Assembly (NCBI GenBank): GCA_963693095.2
Contig: OY843768.1
Location: 1,248,001-1,312,000 of the forward strand
Origin: Cenarchaeum sp.
GTDB lineage: Archaea > Thermoproteota > Nitrososphaeria > Nitrososphaerales > Nitrosopumilaceae
DNA: 64,000 nucleotides
Reading direction: 5' to 3'
Part shown: in pieces, positions 38,801-50,800 of the stretch
Numbering within the stretch: position 1 is the stretch's first letter
Layout of the letters: every line of letters starts with the position of its first letter
Program-made: the position numbers and the translations under genes
The notes under the pieces: model-generated
What the model was told of the DNA's origin: nothing
What the model saw: only the letters and a program-made list of their open reading frames with translations
The model's database searches: none

Positions 38801-41800
38801 TGCTTACTGCATAGTCCCCGTCCGTGTCGGCGTTAACGTCGACGCTGATAGTCATGCCGCTCGCCGTCGCACCGTACGGCGTCGGGACTCCAGACGGCGG
38901 CGTGACCGATATGTCGCCGGTGACCGTGACGTTCTCGCTGAACGTGAGGACGATGTCATTGCCGTCAAACGCCGAGCTCACAAACGTCGGCGCAACCTTG
39001 TCCACGATGGGCACGTCATCGGCCGTGCTGCCCGTCGCAAAGCCCGACTCGGCCACCGCGCCTGACGCCGTCGTTATCGTGCCGGCCACCGTGCCGTCGG
39101 TGACCGATATCGAGAGGGCCATCGTGCCCTCGGGCGCCGAGACGCCCACGGACAGGTCGTACGTCCACTCATTCGGCTCCCCTGTGACGGCGTTCATGTC
39201 GATGTTCGTGACCCCGGCCCCGTTGAGGACGGGCCTCGCGGTGATCGCCTCGTTGAGCGTGAGCCGTATGCTCACGTCGTCGTTGAGCTTTGCGTAGAGC
39301 TCCGAGGCGCCGGACTTTGCCATGTCGGCAGTCACGAAGCCGTCGTACACCGTAAAGGACATCGCAGTCGCCAGCGGCGGCGCGTCATAGGTCGCCGTGG
39401 CCGCCGCGCCGGCGTACGCGTTGCCGGCCCTGTCGGTGACGGCCGCCAGCGCGACAGAGTACGACCCGCCCTCGACTGGGAGCGCCGTGACGGTGAGGAC
39501 TGCGTCCTGCGCGTCTGCGTCCCTCGGGCCGGGCGTGCCCGGCGCCGGCGGCGTGAGCTGCAGCGTGGCCGGAGAGACCACGTTCTCGCTGAACGTGATG
39601 ACAAGCGAGCGGCCCGAGAAGGCCGCGGACACTAGCGTCGGCGCCGTGCTGTCAATGGTGGGCAGCGCCGTAGGCGCGGCGCCCACGTGGCCGGCCGTCG
39701 GCGTTATAGGCATCGACGCGCCGGCGGCGTTGGCCGCAGTTATCGTAAAGTCCAGCTCGCCCTCGGGCGTCGTGTCCGAGACGGCGAGGTCATAGTGCCA
39801 CGTGCTCGCGTTGCCGTCTCCCCTGTCGTCCATCGAGGCGCCAGTCGTGCCGGCCACGTCTATGGTCGGCGTGTCCGAGACGTCCTCGTCGAGCGTGAGC
39901 AGGAGGCGGACCGTCTCGCCCTCTTTTGCGTGCAGCGCATAGTCGCCGCCCTTTAGCGTGTTGGTGCCCGGGGCCGACGTGTGGACCTCAAAGGAGATCG
40001 AGGCGGCCCTCGGCGGCGCGCCGAACTCGGCGCCTCCCGGCACGGCCGTGTTGGCAGTCAGGCCGTTCCCCCCCTCGTCGTCTATCCCGCTCAGGATCAG
40101 GGCGTACGTGCCCTCGGCCACACTGTCGCGCAGCTCGAAGCGCAGGCCGGTGTTCGGCCCGTGCTCGTCACCGGGCGGATCAAAGGGGTTGGGGGCCGCA
40201 TCCGTGGACACTGGCGCCGTGCCCGTGGTGACCTCGGCGCCGTTGGCGGTGACCGACAGGGGGAGGGTGGTGGGCCTCACGACTGCCTCGCTAAAGATGA
40301 CCTCTACGGCGTTGGCCGCCGTAAAGCTGCCCTCCACAGGGGCCGGCGGCGCGCCGTCGGTGGCGGTGACGGGGCTCATGCCAGTCGAGTCCACCGCGTT
40401 GCCGACCCTGTCGGCCAGGAGCGCCTGCCCCGTGGCCAGATCGCCCTCGGCCGGCCGCACGTACGAGACCTCCGGCGTCGAGGCCGTCGAGGGGAGATCG
40501 CCGTGGTGGAGGATCACCGTGAGCTCCCCGCGCGGCCCTGTCGTGTCTGCGCCCATTGGCGCCTCGCCGGGCAGGTTCACGCCCGTGACGGTGGGCGTGG
40601 AGCCCCCGTCCGAGACTGACCAGTCGGCCGCGCGCGCCGTGCCCACGATCGGCTCGGCGAATGTGAGCGCCGTGCGCCCCGGAGCCTGCGTCCTGGCCGT
40701 GAACGCCGGCGGCGTGGTGTCCTCCACGGCAGACGAGGTCCCGTCGGCCAGCGCGTTGCCGGCCGCGTCGACTAGCGAGCCGGCCCTGTCCGTCTCGCCG
40801 TCCGACGGGACGTCGAGCGTGAGCGTGATCGGCCTGTCCGCGTGGAAGATGTTATAGCTGGGGTCGAACCGTCCAACGCCCGCCGCGGGCACGACCGTGG
40901 CGGTGCCGGCGGCCAGGTCAACGGTGGCCGTCACGGCGCCCAGCGTGGCGTCGGCGGTGTCCCCGAGGTTCCTCCCGCTGAACGTCCAGTCGTCCTCATT
41001 CGGCAGCGTCTTGCCGGTGGCCATCGAGACGGTCTCGGAGAAGGTCACGGTGTGGACTGGGCTAGCGGTGCCGGTCAGCGGCCTCTCTACCGTAAACGTC
41101 GGCGGCGCGCCGTCAGTCACTGTCTCGGCCGTGGCCGTGTCGCCAGCAGAGGCCGCAAGGTGGAGCGTTGCAGAGTTTTGGATCGTGTTGGTGCCACTAG
41201 ACGGGCGCGTATAGACCACGTTCGCCGTGGTGATCGCAGTCAGGCCGCCGGTGCCGTCGGGGTCCTCCAGGCCCGTGGAGGGGCGCTCGATGAGCTCGAG
41301 GACGATCTCTGTGTCGCCAAAGGGCGAGGACGGCGTGACTGTGCTGACCACAGAGCCGCCGACGCGCCACTCAGTTGCCGCCGTCGCGCCAACGACTGGA
41401 TCGCTAAACGTGATCGTCACGGTGTCCGCCGAGGTCAGCTCGGCGTCAAACGTCGGCGCAGTCGTGTCCACCGCGAACGTTGCCGTCACGGAGGCGGTGG
41501 CAAGCGCGTTACCCGAGACGTCCTCTATATCCGTGGAGAGCTCAACAGAGTAGGTGCCGGCAGCCGGCGAGGAGATCGGGACTGTCACCCTAAATTCGCC
41601 GTCATTGTGGTTCACGGTCACGCCGCTAGTGGTGGACGCAGGCGTCGTGACCTGCAGGCTCGAGGGCATGTCGTTGACCGGCTCGCTGAACAGGATAAAG
41701 ATCTCGCTGCCAAAGAAGACGGCCCTGGCCGTCGGCGCGGTCAGGTCTATGGTCGGCACGGTGACGGTGACCCCAGTGTCCAGGCCGGAGGACTGCGTTA

Positions 41801-44800
41801 TGGTCGCATCGTTGCTCGCCGCGTCGGCGGCCATGATCGTGAACTCAAAGGCCGCCTCGCCCGAGGAGGACGTCACGGCCAGGTCGTGGCGCCATGTCGT
41901 GGCGGCGCTGTCGCCGGCGTCGCCCATCGGCGTCGCCGTCGGCGTCCTGCCCGCGCCGGGCACCACTATCGTCGGCGCGCCGGCGGCGTCCTCGTTGAGC
42001 GTCAGTATCAGGCGGATCGTGTCCCCGTCGCTGGCGAGCAGCCTGCTGTCGCCGGACTTTAGCGTGCCGGCATCCGGCGTGCCGTCGTACACCTCGAAGG
42101 CTATCGAGCTTGCGACTGGCGCCGTCGTGTCTGACGTCGAGCGCGTCGCAGTCACAGTCGCGCCGGACACGGTATTGCCATGAAGGTCACTGACTTGCGG
42201 GTCGGGGGTGACCGTGTACTCCCTGGCGGCGACGGCGTCAGCGGCCAGCGTGAGCGTGTACGCGTCGGGAGCCGTTTGCGCGACGGATGCCACGTCCACG
42301 TTGCCCATAGGCGATGTCACCGTCCACCCGTCGTCTGTCGCGTACCCCAGACCGGCAGGAGCCATGGTGAACACGACAACCTCGCTAAACATGACTGTGA
42401 TCATGCGGGCGCCCGCAAACGCGGCGGACGCGGCTGTCGGGCCCGTTTGGTCATTGGCGGAGGCGACCACGGTGGCGCTCTGCAGGCTGTTGGCCGTGCC
42501 GCCGGGCACCACGTCAGAGAGCCCGTCAGACGGCATCGTAAACCTCACCGTGGGGGTCTCCGTTATCGCCCACTTGAGATTATCGTTGTGGAGTTGCGTA
42601 AGCCCGACATACAGCAGGCCGGTGAACGGTGGGTCAGGCGGTATCGTGACGTCTCCCCTAGTACCACTAGTCGCTCCATTGTCCGTGGTCGCCGCCGCTG
42701 CCGCAGTCAGGGTCGTTTGGTCGGCGTCAAGCACGCCCACTGCCCACTCGGCGGCCATTGTCGTGCCCTGTATGGGCTCGTCGAACTTTACCACGACATG
42801 CGTGGTGTTGAACACGCGCGCCGTGAACGTCGGCGCCGTGGTGTCAGTCTGCGTCGATGCCGTGTACGTCGCCATCACCGTGGCGCCGTCGCCTATCTCG
42901 TTGGCCGGCACGGCAAGGTCGGCGATGTCGTCGGCCAGGTTGATCGTGTACTCCGTGCCGGACGTGGCCGCCGAGACGGTGAGCGTGTACTCGTCGTCTG
43001 TGTGGTCCACGCCTGACACGGCCAGGCCGGTCACAGACCAGTCGCCTGATGCCGAGGAGAAGCCGGTCTCGCCGGTCACGGTCTCGCTGAACTCCACGAT
43101 GATCGTCGTGGCGCCGTCGAACTCGGCCTCAAACGTCGGCGTCGCCCCGTCGGCTATCGCCGTGGCCTGCAGGGCGGTGCCGGAGGTGCCAAGGTCGTTG
43201 TCCGCGTTGTCCTCTATTGCCCCCTGGGACGGCGCCGTGTACGTGACGCCCGCGGCAGTCAGTCCGCCGAGGTCGGTGCTTGGGCGCGATGCGGCGAGCG
43301 TGATGTAGAGATCCTCGGTGTCGGCGAGCGTCACGGTGCTCACGCCCGTCGCGCCTTCAGTCAGCGAGAGCGACGCGGGGGCAGAGCCGGCCACTGCCCA
43401 CTCGCCAAACGCCGTCGAGCCGTCAACGTCCTCGCTAAAGGTGATCTTTACCGTGTCCGCAGACATTAGCTCTGCGCTAAACGTCGGCACAATGCCGTCA
43501 GCAGCACGCACGCCAGTCGTGATGAGCGGCGCGCCATTGGCGCCCTCAAGGTCGGCTGCGTCGCCGGGCACGTACGTTATGATCGGCGCCTGTGTCACCG
43601 TCAGCGGCGCGTGCGTGAGCGTGACTGTGGGCGCAGTGCCAGCCGCCGTGACTGCCGCAAGCGAGACGAGCCTCTGCGAGGCAGAGACGAACGGCTCTCC
43701 GTCGGCCCTCGCCGAGTCCTCGACGCGCCACTCCACCTCGTCGAGGTCAGTCGACGTCGTGACTGACGAGGCCAGCGCGCCGCCAAACGCGAGGACAGTG
43801 GTCATCGTCGACGTCGCGCGCGCCGTGTAGGCCAGCGGCGCAACGACCGTGTGCGTCTCAGAGGCGGCGGTGCCGGCGTACGCGTTGCCCACGGTGTCAG
43901 TCACCGTGGTAGCCGGCGTGACCGTGTACGTCGTGCCCTCGACGAGCGGGGAGTCAAGCGTGATGACGACCTGCGTGCGAGGCGCGTCAGTCCTCGACCT
44001 CAACGGAGCCTGGCCAATGAGCACGCCATCGTCTATGCCAGGCGTGCTCGTGTCGTCTGCGATGACACTTGCCGTTCCGGGCGACAGCATCACGGGGAGC
44101 GATGTCCTGGTGAGCGTCTGGCGATTCATGAATTCGTTGAACGTCAGCGTTATCGTCGAGCGCGTTGTCGACTCGTTCGTTTCGGTCGTTACAGGGTTGT
44201 CAAGAGGCGTGCCGAGCACGATGGTCTCAACAGTCGGCGCCGTCGTGTCGACTGTCACTGCCAGGGGCCGCGGCGCCTGGCTCGGCAGGCCCGTCGTGAC
44301 ATGCTCTATCCTCTCAGTCGGCATGCCCTGGTCAACTGTCGTCGCGACGTGCGAGACGACTGTGTCTGCGCCCACGTCTATCCAGAGCGACAGGAGGCCG
44401 TCGGGGTCTGTGGCCGCCACGGTGTGCGTGTTCGTGTACGTGTTGGGCAGCACGCCCAGGCTGCTACTGTCCAGGGCCATGGCAGTTGCCGTCGCGCCTG
44501 TCGTAAAGAGCCTGATCTGCGGCGCCGAGGCCGGCGTTGAGTCAAGCGTGATGCTGAACGTGACCTTGTAGCCCGGACCGACAAGAGTCGGCGGGATCGC
44601 GGGGGTGTCGCCGGCGGCGAGCGTGCGCAGCGTGAGTGACGTGGCGGACGGCACGATGGAGCCCATTATGCCGTCAGTTGCCATAACCGTCGCAACCCCC
44701 AGCTCGTTGGACGTGGGCGTCTCCGTGTCGCGCAGGCCCCTTGCCGGCGATGACGGGGGCGGGAGCGGAGCCGCATCAGATGCCGGTGCCGTGTATATCA

Positions 44801-47800
44801 CGCTCGGCGTATCATCAGCCCCGAGGGTTGGGCTGAGCTGCAGTGTCATCGAGGTGATCGGGTCGGCGATTCTCACGATCATCGGGCCCAGGACCAGCGG
44901 CGGTGGCTGTGCAATGCCTCCGACAAATCTCGGAATCATCGACGTCCTGGCGGGCACGCCGTCGACTGTCGTCGCCGTGATTCCCGTGGGCGTGGTGCCG
45001 CCGACGCTCCAGTCGACTGTAGCCGTTGCGCCATAGACCTGCTCGTCGAACGTTATCGTGACGTGGCCGGGCCTGACGGTCTCGGCGGTGAACGTTGGCG
45101 CCGTCATGTCAGCGGCGACCTTTGGCGTGACTAGCAGTGCATTGCCCGAGTATGCGTTGGAGTTTGCGTCCATTATCGTAGCCGGTGTCGCCACGGAGAG
45201 CTCGACTTCGGCAGTCGCGTCCCCGGCGAGCGTGATGGTGACTGTCGAGAAGGGCGCCGACGTGGCGTACATTGGAGTGGTTGTCTCGTGCAGTGGGACT
45301 GTCGCGCCGCCCTGTTCGTTCACCGTGATCGTGTACGTGCTCGGCAATGTGTCCTCATCGAGCGGCTCGCTGAACGTGATGACGATCACGTTGAGGCCAT
45401 CAATCGTGATCCGCGCAGTCGGCGGCGCCTTGTCCTCCGCCAATACCGTGACTGGCGTGCCGACGGTGCCCCGATCGGCGCTGCCGTCGTTCAGGACGGC
45501 GGTGCCAGACGGCCTGGTATACGACACTGTGGGCGTGGCCGCAGTGTGGGCCAGCGCGTCATCGCGGGCCAGGTGCAGCGTGATCGTTGCGGCATCCGTC
45601 AGCTCCTGCATGCCCGCAAGCGGGCTGCCGTCCCCGACTGTGATGCGATCAGGCGTCGCGGTGCCCACGCGCCACTCGGCCGGCGCAGTCATGCCCGTGA
45701 CCGCAGGCACAAACGTGACCAGTACATCCCTGTTTGATCTCGTCTCGGCCGTAAAGAAGACTGACGGGTCTGACACCATGGTAGACTCGGCGGCGAGAAC
45801 ATCGTTTGCCGGCGTGGCGAGATCGTCGATCGTGTCGGCGACATTGACGGTGTACGACGTGCCGGGTGCGGCACCCGAGCCCAGCGTGAGCGTGTACGTC
45901 GCCGGAGACGCAAAGGCGACGCCGGTCACGTCAAGGTCGCCTCCTGAGGCAGTCACGGTCCAGCCGGCAGTCCCTGAGGGGGAGACGTCAGTCACGGCCT
46001 CGCTAAAGGTCACAGTTATCATATTGTACTCGGTGAACGTGGCGCTCATTATCTCCGGCCCTAGGGCGTCAGTCGCAGCCACCGTGACCGCAGACGTCGC
46101 GGAGTCAAGCGCTATGGCGTTGCGGGCAGCGTCGACTATGTCCGTGCCCGTGTACTCTACTGTCGGCGCAAATGACGTGTCGGCGATCGTCGCGTAAGTG
46201 AGCGTCACCGTGCTGCCCGAAACGTCGACGCCGGAGATCATAGCCTCCGTCGCGCCGTCCTCTGCAGACCACTCGGTGGCGACGCCGGCTCCCGTGACGG
46301 CTTCTGAGAGCGTGACAGTCAGCATGCCCGTCGTCGCCGTGGCCGCCGAGGAGAGCGTCGGCGCGTCCGAGTCGACTGTCACGTTCGTGCCCTCCAGGTC
46401 AGCCTGCGTGTACGTCGCCTCGTTGCCCGCAGTGTCGCGTATCGTCAGGGTGAACATGAGCAGGCCGCCGGCATCCGAGTCGAGTATTTTGCGCGAGTAG
46501 AAGTAATCGCTGAGCGTGCCGTCGACCACCGGGCCGGTGATGAACACAAGGTCGGCGGCAGTCGTCGTCCCAAAGAGCGCAATGTCGCTGGATGCCGCGA
46601 CGAGCGGCTCGCTGGCATCCGCGTTGACGATGACGAAGTCATCGATGCCGGCAAGGGTGACAGTGGACGAGGCTGACTGATCGCCCTCGAGCCTCACGCT
46701 CGCAGTCAGCATCGCCGTCGGCGCGACGCGGTCGATCGTCGGCGGCGCCGTAGCCGACAGGGTCGCCTCGTCCACAGGGCGCGTCGAGCCCGAGGCGGCC
46801 GTCACCGTCGCGTCAAACGTGAACGCGCCGTCGATGGTGCCTGCAGACTCTACGACATACGTCGCGCGCCACTCGTTCGTGCTCCCGACGCGCGCCATGG
46901 CCACCGTGTTGGCGTCGTCTGCCATCGTGGCCGGATCGTCAGTCTTGCCCACAAAGAGCACGCTCACCGAGGTCGCCTCGCCGTCAAGCGTGATCGAGAG
47001 CCTGATCGTGTCGCCGGCGCGCGCGTGGTATGCGTACGGGTCAGGCCTCGCGTTGGCCGTGCTCCCGTCAAGGACCGTGTACGCCACGGCAGTCACCATC
47101 GGCGCGGGAGCCGCCGTGTACGTCGCGCTCGCCGTGGCGCCGTCGGCTATCGCGTTGGCCGTAGGCGTGGCCTTGTCCTTGATCGTGCCAGGCGCGCTGA
47201 CCGTGTACTCTACGCCGTCAGTCGCGGCAGAGACAGTGAGCGTGTACGTGTCGTCGTCGTCGTCGTCAAAGTCCACGGTCGACACCGAAAGGCCGCCGTC
47301 GACCGACCAGCCCGTGACAACCCTGGTCACGTCCTCCCTGAACTTCACGGTGATCGTCGTGGCGCCGTCGAACTCGGCGGTGAACGTCGGCGGCGCCTTG
47401 TCGGCGACTGCCGTGGCCGCAACCTCGTCGTTGACTGTCACAAACGCGTTGTTCGCCGTGTCGGCAAGCGCGCCCGTGCCGCGCGGGGTGTACGTGACGT
47501 CCGAGGCAGTCAGGCCGCCAAGGTCGGTGCTCGCGCGCGCCGAGTCGAGCGTGATGTAGAGCTCGCCGGTGGCCGTGGTGGTCTGCAGGTCGCCCGTCAC
47601 GGCCATCCCGTCCTCTGTCAGCGAGAGCGAATCGGCAGTCGAGCCGGCGACTGCCCACTCGCCAAACGCCGTCGTGCCGAGGACGTTCTCGGTAAAGGTG
47701 ATCCTTACGGTGCTAGCCGACGTGAGGCTTGCGCTGAACGTCGGCGCGTCAGAGTCGACCACGACGTTCGTGCCCGTCACGTCGGCCTGCGTGAGCGTCG

Positions 47801-50800
47801 TCTCGTTGCCTTCACTGTCGCTTATCGTCAGGGCAAACGCGAGTGGGCCGTTGGCGTCCGAGGCAGCTATCGTGCGCACGTACGAGTACATGTTGTTGCC
47901 CGCCGCAGTGTCCACCGAGTCGGCGTCAGTGGACGTCCCAAAGAGCGCAATGTCGCCGACGGCCGTGACTAGCGGCTCGCTGGCCACGACGTTGACGCGG
48001 ACGTCGTCGTCGATTCCGGCCGTTGTGACTGTCGCATGGTCAGCACCATCGCCCTCGAGCCTCACAGTCGCAGTCACCGTCGCCGTCGGGGCGATCTTGT
48101 CAGTAACGTGCTCTGCTGTCACCGTGTCGCCCGCATTGGTGGCGAGGTGGTTGTCCGCGCCGTCCTGGATCGTGTTGGTGCCCACCGTCGGGCGCGTGTA
48201 CGTGACGCCCGAGGCGTCCAGGCCGCCGAGGTCGGTGCCCGCGCGCGCCGAGGCGAGCGCGAGGACGACCTCCGTGGCCCTGGAGGGCGATGCCGGCACA
48301 ACCGAGTTGACAGTCGAGCCGGCCACTGCCCACTCGCCCTGCGCCGTCGTGCCGTCGACACGCTCGCTAAAGATGATCCTCACTGTGCTCGCCGAGGCCA
48401 GCTCGGCCTCAAACGTCGGCGGCGCGCCGTCGGCTGCCACCGCGTCGCCGAGCGTCACGGCGGTCCCGCCCTCGGTCAGGCCCGTCCCCCTGTACGAGAC
48501 CGTCGGCGTCGCCGCCGTCGAGATCTGCGTGTGCGTGATGAGGACCTGCGTGACTGCCGGCGACGCCCCGACCGTCACCGAGGCCACCGCCGCGCCGTGG
48601 GGCGTGCCGACCGTGTTCGACCTGACAGAGTCGGCGGGGTCAGTCGTGACGGTCTCCACGACCAGCGCGACCAGGCGCGTCCCCACGCCACCGCTCTCCA
48701 TGATGGACCAGTCGGCGACTGCGAGCGCGCCGCCCAGGTCGCCGCCGTCAAAGGTCACGAGCGTCGTAGTCGCGCTGCGCGTCTCGGCGGCAAACGGCGG
48801 CACGGCTGGCGCCGGCGTGACCGCCGCGCTCGTCGGCGAGGCCATCGGCACGCCGGCCGCGTCGTCCAGCGCGAGGGCGTCGGAGGCCATCGTGTACGTC
48901 AGCGTCGGGGCGCCCTGCGGGATCGGGATCGGGAACGGCGTCGTGAACGTCTGGCCGCCCTGCAGGGTCGGCGGCGTGAACGCCGAGGACGACCTGATGA
49001 CGACCCTGTCGGGCAGCGCGCCGTCCGCGGCGTCGCGGTAGACCATGTCGACTGCCGCCGTGGCCGTCCCCGTGTTCGTCTCGGCCGTCACGGCCCACTG
49101 CCCGTCTGCGCCGGCCGGCGTGGATGCAAAGTCCGCCATGTCCATCGCCTCGGACATGCGGGCCGTGTAGACGGTGTACAGCGCGCGCTCGTCGTTGTCT
49201 GTGACGCCGACGAGTGCCTCCTCGGCCTCTGTCGCGTCGTGGATCGTGAACGTCGGCGGCGCGCCGTCAGTCGCCTCGGCGCCGCCGTCGTCGACGCTGG
49301 TGCCGCTGGCGCCGCCCTCCCTGAGGTCGCCGCCGGCGTACGCGACGCTCGGCGTGGCCGCCGTCGAGGAGAGCGCGGGGTGCGTGATGAGCAGGTGCAT
49401 GGCAGTCGGGGAGCCCGGTATGGCAATCGGGGAGCCCGCCGTGGCCGCAGTCGCCGTCGCGGTGCCGTCGGCCGCAGCAGTCGCCACGCTCGATGGCGTG
49501 TGCGCCACGTCCGCCGAGCCGGTGTCGTTGTCCGTGACCGTCCAGTCCGTCACGTCGAGCGTGCCGGCCAGGTCGCCGCCGTCAAAGGCCACTAGCGTCG
49601 TAGTCAGGCTCCTCGTGGCGGCCTCGAAGGGCGCCGTGTACGTCGCGCTCGCCGTGGCGTCGTCGGCTATCTCGTTGGCCGTCAGCGTGGCCTTGTCCAT
49701 GATCCCGTCGGCCGCGTTTATCGTGTACTCTACGCCGTCAGTCGCGCCAGAGACGGTGAGCGTGTACGTCGCCGGAGCATCATAGTCGACGTCGGTCACG
49801 CTGAGGTTGCCATCCGTGGCAGTCACGGTCCAGCCTGTCGTCGCTGGCGAGACGTCAGTCACGTCCTCGCTGAACTCCACGGTGATCGTGGTGGCGTCAT
49901 CGAACGTGGCGGTGAACGTCGGCGGCGCACTGTCGGTGACTGCCGTGGCCGCAACCTCGTCGTTGACTGTCACAAACGCATTGTCCGCCGTGTCAACCAG
50001 CGCGCCCGTGCTGCGGGGGGTGTACGTGACGCCCGAGGCAGTCAGGCCGCCAAGGTCGGTGCTTGCGCGCTCCGAGGCGAGCGTGATGTAGAGCACGTTG
50101 GTGGCCGTGGTGGTCGACAGGTCTCCGGTCTCGTCCCCGCCGGTGGCCATCAGCGAGAGCGACTCGGGGGCAGAGCCGGCGACTTCCCACTCGCCAAACG
50201 CCGTCGTGCCCTCGACGTTCTCGGTAAAGGTGATCTCTACCGTGCTAGCCGACGTGAGGCTTGCGCTGAACGTCGGCGCGTCAGAGTCGACTGTCACGTT
50301 CGGGGTCACGTCGGCCTGCGTGAACGTTGCCGTGTTGCCCGCAGTGTCGCGTATAGTCAGGCTGAACGCGAGCGCGCCGCTGGCGTCCGAGGCGGCTATT
50401 GTGCGCACGTACGAGTACATATTGTTGCCCGCGGCCGTGTCCACCGAGTCGGCGGGAGTCGACTCCCCAAAGAGCGCAATGTCGCCGGCGGCCGTGGTGA
50501 GCGCCTCGCTGGCCGCCACGTTGACGCGGACTTCATCGTCGATTCCGGCCAGCCTGACAGTGGTCGAGTCTGCCGTCGCGTCCTCGAGCCTCACGCTCGC
50601 AGTCACTGTCGCCGTCGGCGCGACGCCGTCAGCAGCCGTCACCTGCCCTGCGCCCAGCGCGTTGCCGGCCGAGTCGGCCAGGGCCGTGCCCGAGTACGTG
50701 ACTATCGGCGCGAATGACGTGTCCGCGGTATCCGTGTACGTGAGCATGATCGTCGTCGTGCTGCCCGTGAAGGGGCTAACTGCGACGCCGGTGGCGTCGG

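Noticed and set aside
17265-42659. RGD tripeptides at 17265-17273, 39816-39824 and 42651-42659 as integrin-binding motifs
   Set aside because: A few RGDs are expected by chance in >21,000 Gly/Asp-rich residues, and they are not kept in sibling domains (e.g. DDRAD at ~7715).
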